In this document: positions 19,812-28,509 of the stretch, piece by piece | Numbering within the stretch: the first letter of the stretch is position 1 | Layout of the letters: the number at the start of each line of letters is the position of its first letter | Source of the DNA: an uncultured cyanobacterium | GTDB lineage: Bacteria; Cyanobacteriota; Cyanobacteriia; Phormidesmidales; Phormidesmidaceae | Direction: 5' to 3' | Length of the DNA: 64,000 nucleotides | Assembly: GCA_963793265.1 (NCBI GenBank) | Contig: CAWBZI010000004.1 | Coordinates: 1-64,000 of the forward strand | Position numbers and translations under genes: made by a program | Notes under the pieces: model-generated | The model's input: only the letters and a program-made list of their open reading frames with translations | The model's database searches: none | Told to the model about the DNA's origin: nothing

Positions 19812-21143
19812 ATGCGTATCCTTCTCTATTCTTATAATTACTCTCCTGAACCTATCGGGATCGCCCCCCTGATGACAGAGCTTGCTGAGGGGCTGGTCAA
19901 AAGAGGGCACAAAGTGCGCGTGGTTACGGCGATGCCGAACTATCCAGAGCGCAGAATACACTCTGAATATCGAGGCAAGCTTTATAAGGGCGAGGTGCGT
20001 AACGGCGTAGAAATTGAGCGATGCTATGTCGCTGTTAGGCCAAAGCCAGGGCTGCTTGGTCGTGCCATGCTTGATGGCAGCTTTGCCGTTTTTAGCTTCT
20101 TTAAGGCGATCACAGGCTGGCGGCCCGATGTTATCCTTTCGACAAGTCCGTCATTGTCTGCCTGCGTGCCCGTTGCTGCGGCCAAGTTAGTCTATCGATG
20201 TCCGTCAGTACTGAGCCTGCAAGATATTTTGCCAGAGGCCGCCGTGCAAACGGGGCTAATCAGCAACAAACTGGCGATTAAGGTCTTTGAAAAGCTAGAA
20301 CAGTTTGCCTATGCCAGCGCGACTAAAATCAGCGTAATTACCCCATCTTTTGCTCAAAACCTGAAAGGCAAAGGCATCTCTGCTGGCAAAATGACCTGTA
20401 TCTCTAACTGGGTAGATACTGGCGTTGTGAAGCCACTATCTAAGGAAGACAATCATTTTCGCCGCACGCACGGTTTAGAAAATAAGTTTGTGGTTCTCTA
20501 TTCTGGCAATATTGCTCGAACCCAGGGCGTGCGCACCATTATCCGCGCAGCGCTACAGATGCAAGATAATCCAGACATCCAGTTTGTGATTGTAGGTGAA
20601 AAGGGTCAGCTTGCAGAGCTTGATAGCCTACGCCGAGAACTAGGCGTTTATAACGTAAAGCTGCTGCCCTTTGTTGACGATGACGCTTTCCCTGACATGC
20701 TAGCGGCAGCAGATGTGTCGCTAATTATGCAAAAGCACAACGTTGTCGGCTTCAATATGCCGTCTAAAACCCAAAAAATCATGGCGAGCGGTCGGCCTAT
20801 TATTGCCTCGGTGCCGCTGCATGGATCGGCGGCTGAGGCCGTGCTACAAAGCGGTAGCGGTGTGGTTGTAGAACCTGAGAGCCCGACTGAACTTACCAAA
20901 GCTATTCAAACGCTGTATGACAATCCCGGAAAGGTAGAGGACTTAGGTAAGCGCGGGCGACAGTTTGCGATTGAGAACTACTCATTTACCCAGGCACTCA
21001 ATGCTTATGAGCAGCTACTAGAGAGCGTTGTGCAGACAGAGAAGAAGCCAGAAAAAAGCTTTCAGGCGCTATCACAGCCTCAGCAGCAGGTCGTTGCCCT
21101 GACTCAAGATCTTCGTAGCCCAGACCTAAAAGAGGTGCGTTAG
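19812..21143 (+). CDS. WcaI-like glycosyltransferase family 4
   Basis: NYSPEPIGIA, PNYPE, LYSGNI and MPSK motifs. Confidence 0.9.
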   Translation: MRILLYSYNYSPEPIGIAPLMTELAEGLVKRGHKVRVVTAMPNYPERRIHSEYRGKLYKGEVRNGVEIERCYVAVRPKPGLLGRAMLDGSFAVFSFFKAITGWRPDVILSTSPSLSACVPVAAAKLVYRCPSVLSLQDILPEAAVQTGLISNKLAIKVFEKLEQFAYASATKISVITPSFAQNLKGKGISAGKMTCISNWVDTGVVKPLSKEDNHFRRTHGLENKFVVLYSGNIARTQGVRTIIRAALQMQDNPDIQFVIVGEKGQLAELDSLRRELGVYNVKLLPFVDDDAFPDMLAAADVSLIMQKHNVVGFNMPSKTQKIMASGRPIIASVPLHGSAAEAVLQSGSGVVVEPESPTELTKAIQTLYDNPGKVEDLGKRGRQFAIENYSFTQALNAYEQLLESVVQTEKKPEKSFQALSQPQQQVVALTQDLRSPDLKEVR

Positions 21144-21188
21144 GAAGTGCGTTAGGAAATGCTTCAGAGCGGTTTGAAGAACTGCTTT

Positions 21189-24113
21189 TTAAGGCGGTGC
21201 TGAGGAAGGTTTGTTTTGTGCAGGCTTTTCTGAGGCACCTGCCGTAGGGGGCTTAGCCGAAGCGGGCGCTGTCGCTGGTACCGATTCTCCTTCTAACTGC
21301 TGAAGAAGCTGTCCTAAACGCTGCTGTGATTGTCCATAAGCGGCCCAGTCCCCACTTTGTAGTGCTTTCTCTCCCTGCTCATAGGCTTCTATCGCCGCCT
21401 GGACTATGGCCGCAGTCGATGCGGGCGCACTGGCAGCAGCGGGATTGTCTGAACTGTTTACGGTGGTGCCGGAGTCGGCTGTAGACGCTGAGGGCGAGCT
21501 ACCAAATACGGCGGCTAGCGCCTCTGGTAGGGTCTGCCGCATTACGATTGTGTTTTTAAAAGCGACGATGACTCTTTTTAGCTCAGGAAATTCGCCCTGG
21601 TCGGCCTGTAGATAGATGGGCTCGAAGTAAAGCAGAGACTGGGCGATGGGGATCGCCAATAGGTTCCCGCGAATGACGCTAGAGCCCTGCTGGTTCCAGA
21701 GGGTGAGCTGCCCGGATATTTCGGTGTTTTGGTCAATTCGGCTTTCTATTTGCTGTGGGCCATAAACAAGGACTTGCTTAGGAAATTCGTATAGGACAAG
21801 TTCGCCGTACTGCTCGCCGTCGCAGCGAGCGGCCATCCAAGACACCATGTTGTCTTTGTTAGATGGGGTGAAGGGTAGGATTTGTAGAAATTCTTCGCTT
21901 TCAGCATCAGGCAGCCGCATGATCAGGTAGTAGGGCTGCATTTGTTCGGTGTCGCCATCAGTGCCCTGGTGCTGGGGGACTTGCCAGAGGTCTTCTTTGT
22001 TGTAGAAGACTTCGGTGCTCTCCATATGGTAGGCGCGGTAGATGAGCGACTGGACTTGGAATAGGTTGAGCGGGTAGCGGAAGTGGCTACGCAGGTCTTC
22101 AGATGCCTCGCTGAAGGAGGTAAAGAGATCGGGGAAGATTTTTTGATAGGTGGCTAAAATCGGATCGGTGTCGTCGATGGCGTAGACGGTGAGAGAGCCG
22201 TCGTAGGCGTCGATGACGACTTTGGCAGCGTCGCGGATGTAGTTGATATCGTTTGTGGCGATCTCTTCTAGCTGTGGCTGATCCTGAATGAAGCTGTCGA
22301 GGTTTGAGGGGTTGGTGAGCGGTTCGGAGTAGGGGTAGCGATCGCTCGTCGTATACCCATCCAAAATCCACTTAAATCGCCCATCGATCAGGGCCACATA
22401 GGGATCGCTATCGAGCTGTAGAAATGGCACAATCTGCCGGGCTCTGTCTTTGATATCGCGGTGGTAGTGAACCTTTGAGCTGCCGGTGAAGTAGTTGGAT
22501 GTGAGTAGCTTGAGCGTGCCAAAGTCGAAGGCATAGGCGAGCTTGCGGCTAAGTGAGCCTATCGGGACACCGCCGATGCCATCGTAGGTGTTGGGCGCGT
22601 TTTCGTTGCCGAGAGGATAGTCAAATTCTTCGGTGCTGGTGCCTGTATAGACGTAGTGATCGGTTTCTTCGCCGTAGTAGATGCGAGGCTGGTTTATGGC
22701 GATATCGGTGGTGGTTTTGGGTGGGATGTCTTGAATAAACAGCTCAGGTAAACCCTCTACTGTGACCTGATTGACCGGGCTCATGGCTAGGCCGTAGCCG
22801 TGCGTGTATTTGAGCCGTTGGTTCACCCAGTTTTGGGCGTCTTCTGGCACTCTTTGATAGTCGAGTTCGCGGGCAGAAAGCATGACCTGACGGTAGTCGC
22901 CGTCGATGGTGTAGCGATCGATATCGACATCGTGAAAGCGGTAGTACAAACGCAGGCTTTGCAGCTCTTGATAGGTTCTCAGCAGCGTTTGATAGTCCCA
23001 CAGGCGCAGGTTGTCCAAGGTGCCTTCGTTTTCGGCAAGCGCGGCGCTGTCGAGATTATCTTCTACCACAAAGTCTTCGCGCTGAACGTTGTCGAGTCCG
23101 TAAGCCTGGCGCGTAAACTCTAGGTTTTGAGCAATAAATGGCTTTTCTTTATCAAGTTCGTTGGGCTCTACGATGAAGGTTTGTTGGAGCCAGGGATAGA
23201 GGCCGCTAATAACTAAAAAGACGGTGAAGTAGAGGGCAAGGCTGGTGATGGGCAGTGAAAAGCCTTGTCGCCATAAGGAGATGATGAAGAGCAGGGCAAT
23301 CACCAGCGTGACGATCGCCATGATGGTGTAGGAGTGCAGCCGGGCGTTAGCGTCGGTGTAGCCTGCGCCAAAGACGACGCCGCTGGTTGAGTAGAGCAAG
23401 TCGTAACGGGCGAGCCAGAAGCCGAGGGCGGCAAAAAGGGCGATCGCGCTGAGCAAAACGCATAAGTGCGCTTTGACCGGCCCAGTTAAGAAGTATTTCC
23501 AGCCACGCTCCCAACGTATTTCGCCACGTAGGGCATAGATTGCTGCTGATATGGCCAGCGACCATATCAGCAGCTCTAGTCCTTGACTTTGTAAGCCTTC
23601 GTAGACGGGCAGGGTGAAGACGTAGAAGCCGATGTCTTGCTGATAGATCGGGTCGGTGACGTTGAAGGCGGTGGGGTTAAAGAATTTGAGTAGGGGTTCC
23701 CAGGCGGTACTGGCCTGCTGGGCGACGCCTGCTGCTAGCAGAATAATCAGGCCAACGCTGCCGTAGAGCGTGAGTCCTGGAATGTAGGGAGCCCATTCGC
23801 TATTTTTGGGGATGTAGAAGGGGCGATCGCGCGTGAGCCAAACGGCCAGCCAGTAGTTGGCAAATAGCACCGCTGCGTAGATCACAAAAGCCAACACCGC
23901 ACATAAAACGCTCCAACCTAAGCGCAGCTTGAAGATACCGGCAAATCCGGTGGCGCTGAACCACCAGTATTCTGTGAGCCAGTGTGTGAGGGTGCTTGAG
24001 CAGGCCAAGAGCAGAACGCCAAGACCTATGACCAGCCACCAGCGGTTTGGTTTTGGCAATTCAAGGCTAGCGGGTGCCGGGCGGCTAGAGGGATTCGCGC
24101 GAGATGATTTCAC
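21189..24113 (-). CDS. UPF0182 family membrane protein
   Basis: DPIYQQDIGFYVF, RLWDY, YTHGYG, PRIYYGE and VIRGNLL motifs. Confidence 0.93.
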   Translation of the reverse strand: MKSSRANPSSRPAPASLELPKPNRWWLVIGLGVLLLACSSTLTHWLTEYWWFSATGFAGIFKLRLGWSVLCAVLAFVIYAAVLFANYWLAVWLTRDRPFYIPKNSEWAPYIPGLTLYGSVGLIILLAAGVAQQASTAWEPLLKFFNPTAFNVTDPIYQQDIGFYVFTLPVYEGLQSQGLELLIWSLAISAAIYALRGEIRWERGWKYFLTGPVKAHLCVLLSAIALFAALGFWLARYDLLYSTSGVVFGAGYTDANARLHSYTIMAIVTLVIALLFIISLWRQGFSLPITSLALYFTVFLVISGLYPWLQQTFIVEPNELDKEKPFIAQNLEFTRQAYGLDNVQREDFVVEDNLDSAALAENEGTLDNLRLWDYQTLLRTYQELQSLRLYYRFHDVDIDRYTIDGDYRQVMLSARELDYQRVPEDAQNWVNQRLKYTHGYGLAMSPVNQVTVEGLPELFIQDIPPKTTTDIAINQPRIYYGEETDHYVYTGTSTEEFDYPLGNENAPNTYDGIGGVPIGSLSRKLAYAFDFGTLKLLTSNYFTGSSKVHYHRDIKDRARQIVPFLQLDSDPYVALIDGRFKWILDGYTTSDRYPYSEPLTNPSNLDSFIQDQPQLEEIATNDINYIRDAAKVVIDAYDGSLTVYAIDDTDPILATYQKIFPDLFTSFSEASEDLRSHFRYPLNLFQVQSLIYRAYHMESTEVFYNKEDLWQVPQHQGTDGDTEQMQPYYLIMRLPDAESEEFLQILPFTPSNKDNMVSWMAARCDGEQYGELVLYEFPKQVLVYGPQQIESRIDQNTEISGQLTLWNQQGSSVIRGNLLAIPIAQSLLYFEPIYLQADQGEFPELKRVIVAFKNTIVMRQTLPEALAAVFGSSPSASTADSGTTVNSSDNPAAASAPASTAAIVQAAIEAYEQGEKALQSGDWAAYGQSQQRLGQLLQQLEGESVPATAPASAKPPTAGASEKPAQNKPSSAPP

Positions 24114-24383
24114 AGGGCTTTGATAATTTCCGTGAGTCGATGTAGAGATCGTGCCGCACGAGGCTCGTGAATGACGGGATAGAGAATAAATGTTTAACTT
24201 TTACCTCGCCTTGAGACTCAACGGACTGAACTCATAGCGCAGCCCCTTGTGAAGCAAAGCGCACTGCTCCTAGCTCGTTCTTCATTCAGTCGGCTCTGTC
24301 ACTTTGGCATTCGCCATTTATCATGATGGAGATGGCTGTCTCTACTTTTTCTCCAGACTAAAGGCAGTAGAGCGTTCCTTATT

Positions 24384-25121
24384 TTGTTATTGAATCGTTT
24401 GGCAAATCAAAAGTCTGTAAAAGTTACCTCACAATCGACTAAGAAGTCTCGAGTGCAAAAATCATCAGGAAAAGATGACTTAGGCCCCATTGTGTTCACA
24501 ATGCTGATGTTTTTGGCCGTGGCGCTAACAATACAACAGTGGTCAGCAACGCCAGGCGCATTAGACCTACTAGGCGCAACTGATTATGTGGCCTCACCGC
24601 TACCGTTACGCATGACCGGCGGCGATCCCTATTTGCGGGCGCTAATGCGAACTATTTCAGCCGCAGAATCTAACACGAAAGATCCGTACCGGCTGCTGTA
24701 TGGCGGCAAGCGCGTAAAAGATTTGAGCGTGCATCCAGATGAATGCGTGCGAATTGTCAACGGCCCTAATAAAAATGACTGCACCACCGCCGCCGGGCGA
24801 TACCAGTTTTTAACGACCACTTGGGAGCTAGAGGCTAGAAAGTATCATCCCGATCGCCCGGCCTGGTACGAAGTATGGGAGCGCCCCAGCTTTGAGCCGA
24901 TATATCAAGATCAGGTGGTTCATAGCTGGCTGGCAGATTCCTCTGTGTGGGGCACCGATCTTTCAGGGCTGCTGCGCGAGGGTGAGGTGAATAGAGTGCT
25001 GGAAATACTCTCAGGGACTTGGACGAGCTTGGGCTACGGCATTGAAGACAACAGCATGTCTGATCTGCTGCCCCGAATATATGAGGAGATGCTAGCTGAA
25101 GAGCTGGCTCAGGTAGATTAG
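24384..25121 (+). CDS. lambda-lysozyme-like muramidase (GH104/GH24) with N-terminal TM anchor
   Basis: ALMRTISAAES, AAGRYQFLTTTW and WTSL motifs. Start uncertain. Confidence 0.85.
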   Translation: MLLNRLANQKSVKVTSQSTKKSRVQKSSGKDDLGPIVFTMLMFLAVALTIQQWSATPGALDLLGATDYVASPLPLRMTGGDPYLRALMRTISAAESNTKDPYRLLYGGKRVKDLSVHPDECVRIVNGPNKNDCTTAAGRYQFLTTTWELEARKYHPDRPAWYEVWERPSFEPIYQDQVVHSWLADSSVWGTDLSGLLREGEVNRVLEILSGTWTSLGYGIEDNSMSDLLPRIYEEMLAEELAQVD

Positions 25122-25238
25122 GCCGATAGATTGACGATGGGGGAGCGATCGCTACGATAAGATAATCCTCTTAAGGCAATTTTCCGCTTGGGCGATCGCG
25201 TTAAGACCCTTGTATGAACGGTATGCGGAAATAATGCG

Positions 25239-25634
25239 ATGGCAGCAACATATCGGACGGTCATTTTAGAAGCGCACGATGGCTCAAGGTGGCGATCGCT
25301 CTCCCAGCTCCCCACCTTTGAAGACTCCACCATCAATCAATATTTGCTGTGGGAAAACCCAACCCTGTCGCCCCAACCTAAAAAAGCAATCGACTTTCCG
25401 CCGATACCAGACGACTGTAGTGAAAGGGTCAAAGATCGGTTGAAAGGTGTGGCTTACCCGGTTGCGACCTGTTTGGATTTGGCCGCGTTTAGAGCCGGGA
25501 CGAAGCACGTGGCTAAAGAGCATAAAGGGCATAGCGTGCAGGCGATGACGGAAATGAGAGGGGCGATCGCCATGGCAGAAGTTTTAGCAGACGGCAACAT
25601 CCCCGTACGCTTCATCGTTTTACTAGATCACTAA
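25239..25634 (+). CDS. hypothetical protein
   Basis: 131 aa ATG ORF filling the gap between co-oriented genes. Confidence 0.55.
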   Translation: MAATYRTVILEAHDGSRWRSLSQLPTFEDSTINQYLLWENPTLSPQPKKAIDFPPIPDDCSERVKDRLKGVAYPVATCLDLAAFRAGTKHVAKEHKGHSVQAMTEMRGAIAMAEVLADGNIPVRFIVLLDH

Positions 25635-25667
25635 TCCTTCACTCAAACGCCGTTAGCGTTACATAGT

Positions 25668-26297
25668 ATGGTTTTCACAACTGCAATTAGCAAGATTGAT
25701 CTAGAGCCGGGTAGCCGAATCGCCATTCCAGACATTGACTGGCAGGCGTTTGAATCGATTTTAGAAGACTTAGGTGAGTCTCGAAGCAGCCGCATCGCCT
25801 ATAGCCAAAATACATTAGAAGTTATGGTTCCACTGCTCGATCACGAGCGCTCTAAAGTTTTGATATCCGATATTGTCAAAATTTTATTACGGCACCAGTC
25901 GCGTGACTGGGAGTCATTAGGATCAACAACGTTTAAAAAGAAAGTAGAAGCCGCAGGATTAGAGCCCGACGACTGTTTTTACATCAAGAATCAAAAAGCT
26001 GTCATTGGCAAAAGTCGTCTCGACTTGTCTATAGATCCACCGCCTGATCTGGCGATTGAGTCGGACTATACTTCTAAAACTCAAATGAGCGCTTACCTCA
26101 TCCTCGAAGTGCCAGAGCTTTGGGTTTATGACAGACGGCTCGAAATATACCTGCTTGAGAATGGAAGCTATCAAGACGCTGACATGAGTCCGACATTTCC
26201 TGACTTACCCATTAAAAAAATGGTTGAGCGGGTCATTACACAAGCTCAAAAAATTGGCACGAGTCAAGCGTTGTGGGCTTTCGAGGAAGCGCTTTAA
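25668..26297 (+). CDS. Uma2 family (DUF820) endonuclease
   Basis: EPDDCFYI, PPPDLAIE and VPELWVYD motifs. Confidence 0.9.
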   Translation: MVFTTAISKIDLEPGSRIAIPDIDWQAFESILEDLGESRSSRIAYSQNTLEVMVPLLDHERSKVLISDIVKILLRHQSRDWESLGSTTFKKKVEAAGLEPDDCFYIKNQKAVIGKSRLDLSIDPPPDLAIESDYTSKTQMSAYLILEVPELWVYDRRLEIYLLENGSYQDADMSPTFPDLPIKKMVERVITQAQKIGTSQALWAFEEAL

Positions 26298-27406
26298 GCG
26301 AGATTGTCGATGGCTGTTTTTATACTGCTAAGTTTGTCCTTAGCTACTCCTGTCTTCAAAAGCTCGCGACCCAACTCAAACCCATTCTCCAACGACTCCA
26401 CCCGCCCTGCCCGCCACAGGTAAAACCCGCTGTTCCAAATCGCTGAACGGCCAACTTCATTGTCTTTGCCAGCGATCGCATTCCGATACAGCCCCAGCAA
26501 CTCCTCCAGCGGCATCATCTCAGGATCAGAGCCCTCAAACCCATAGTCACGGGGATGTAGCAGCACGCGCTCAGTTTCTAAGACGCCATTTTTAAGCTGA
26601 TTGAGACAGATAATGCCAGTACGATCACGCGAAATATCACAGCTCCCTTCTAGCCCCTTAACCGTTGTAAAAAACGCCGTGCCGCGCTGAGTAAACGCCT
26701 CTTGAGTGCGCCCTTCAGTCGGCGGATGAACGTAGCCACTCACCACATTGCTGCGGCCCACGTAAGGCGACCACATAATCTCGACTGTTGCTATCGTCGG
26801 GCGTTTGCCGATTTGCTCGCGATAGGGCACCAGCGACTCAGCTTTAGGAAAGTGAACCGGCTGATAGACGAATCCTAAGCCCGTTTGCGCCAGCACCGAT
26901 TGCGATTGATCAATCGTGAGCCGATCAAAATTTAGCCCTAGCCCCTGAAAAACCTCAATCGAAGGTAGGCCCATCTTCGTCGGCATCCGTCCGCTGCCCG
27001 CCATTACCACAGGCGTATCGGCAGCGGCCATGATCAGCGCGGTCAGTGGCGTAATCGGAGCAGTGCGCGATCGCCCGTCATACGGATTGCAAAACACAGT
27101 CACCGGATACGGACTTTCTATCTCAGTCAGCCTTGGCCCCAGCGCATCGTAGGTATCGAGCATTCCCGCCAGCTCAGTCGGCGTCGGGCGCTTAATGCGA
27201 TGGGCGATCATGAATGCGCCAATTTGGGCTGGTGTTGCAGCGGCGGTGAGCATTAGTTCAGTTGCGATCGCCGCCTCTTCACGACTGAGCGACTGAGACG
27301 TATGCGTCCCGCTACCCACCTTTTTGAGCAGATCTCTGAACTGTTTAACCTGTTGATCAGATGAAATTGTAAAGCTATTAGAAGGCGCAGAAGGAGAATC
27401 TTTCAA
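26294..27406 (-). CDS. cnaT: anthranilate phosphoribosyltransferase-like nitrate-assimilation protein CnaT
   Basis: KVGSG, AQIGAFMIAHRIKR, PYDGRSRT and GYVHPPTE motifs. Directly downstream of ntcB, as in Anabaena. Confidence 0.8.
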   Translation of the reverse strand: MKDSPSAPSNSFTISSDQQVKQFRDLLKKVGSGTHTSQSLSREEAAIATELMLTAAATPAQIGAFMIAHRIKRPTPTELAGMLDTYDALGPRLTEIESPYPVTVFCNPYDGRSRTAPITPLTALIMAAADTPVVMAGSGRMPTKMGLPSIEVFQGLGLNFDRLTIDQSQSVLAQTGLGFVYQPVHFPKAESLVPYREQIGKRPTIATVEIMWSPYVGRSNVVSGYVHPPTEGRTQEAFTQRGTAFFTTVKGLEGSCDISRDRTGIICLNQLKNGVLETERVLLHPRDYGFEGSDPEMMPLEELLGLYRNAIAGKDNEVGRSAIWNSGFYLWRAGRVESLENGFELGRELLKTGVAKDKLSSIKTAIDNLA

Positions 27407-27454
27407 AGGCTTACTTGCTTATTTGCTTGCTTGTTGTGAATGACATAAAAAGGA

Positions 27455-28393
27455 TTAGCTAGCTGCCGGTAGCGTGGTCAAAGCATTGGTTTGCTCAAAA
27501 TAGCTGCTCGCCTGCTGCCGCACCAGATCGCAAAACTCTTGAATTGGTGGAATCAGTAGCCTATCGTGCGTGGTCACCATTACCACCTTTCGTAGCAGCG
27601 TCGGCTCGCTCGTAGGCCGAACCGCCAGCGCCAGATCGCGACGGCTTTCTGCTAGTGCCGACTGAGGCAGCAGCGCCACCATTTCGCCCTGTCTTACCAC
27701 GCCTCGAAAGGCATCTAATGTATTTAGCTCAAGCGCTATTTTGAACTCAGTTTCTTGATCACGAAACTGGCTTTGAACAATCCGCTGCATTCCGTATCCA
27801 TCTTTGAACACCACTTGCGGGTAGCGAGCAATTTCTGCCCAGGGGACAATATCGTACTGGGTCAATGGATGGTTGGCCGCCATCAAAACCTGCACAGGCT
27901 CTTCGTAAAGTGGCGTCACTACCATTTCTTGATTGCTGGTGAGCAGCGGGTTGTGCATCACAATTGAAACATCTACTAGGCCATCGCGCAGTACCTTGAG
28001 CGAGCGATCGCTACCCAGCGCCGTCACCCGAAGCTGTACGTCAGGATGCGACTGGCAATACTGCGTCACAATCGGCGGCAGCAGATAAGCGCACACCGAA
28101 TGAATGCCCGAAATGCACAGCTCTGTTTGCTTACCGTTAATCAAATCGCTAATATCTTGCTGAGCCTGCTTCCACTCCTTACAAATCCGCATGGCCCGAG
28201 GCAGCAAGCTACTCCCTGCCAGCGTCAGCTTAGCCTGCGCCGTCCGGTGAAACAGCGCCACTCCCAAATCGTCCTCGACAGAGCGCACCTGACGACTAAT
28301 CGTAGACTGCGTAACGCCACACTGACGCGCCGCTGCCTGGAAGCTGCCGGTTTCGGAAACCGCTAAAAAAGCCTGCAATTGCTCTAAGCGCAT
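27455..28393 (-). CDS. ntcB: LysR-family regulator NtcB
   Basis: LysR HTH (MRLEQLQAF...TQSTISRQ), TALGSDR and VFKDGYGMQR motifs. Located in the nir locus. Confidence 0.9.
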   Translation of the reverse strand: MRLEQLQAFLAVSETGSFQAAARQCGVTQSTISRQVRSVEDDLGVALFHRTAQAKLTLAGSSLLPRAMRICKEWKQAQQDISDLINGKQTELCISGIHSVCAYLLPPIVTQYCQSHPDVQLRVTALGSDRSLKVLRDGLVDVSIVMHNPLLTSNQEMVVTPLYEEPVQVLMAANHPLTQYDIVPWAEIARYPQVVFKDGYGMQRIVQSQFRDQETEFKIALELNTLDAFRGVVRQGEMVALLPQSALAESRRDLALAVRPTSEPTLLRKVVMVTTHDRLLIPPIQEFCDLVRQQASSYFEQTNALTTLPAAS

Positions 28394-28465
28394 AAGAAGG
28401 ACTGGCGAAAGTAACAGGAACCTTGCAGCTTCACACTACAACCTCTAACGACTTGTGGCACTTTT

Positions 28466-28507
28466 AATGTAGTTCTGTACCCGAGCAACTTTTGTAAGGA
28501 TTGATAC
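28466..28507 (-). promoter_or_regulatory. NtcA-activated promoter of ntcB
   Basis: GTA-AGGATTGA-TAC at 28494-28507. TACATT (TAN3T) lies 22 nt downstream on the minus strand (28471-28466). Confidence 0.8.
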
Positions 28508-28509
28508 GA

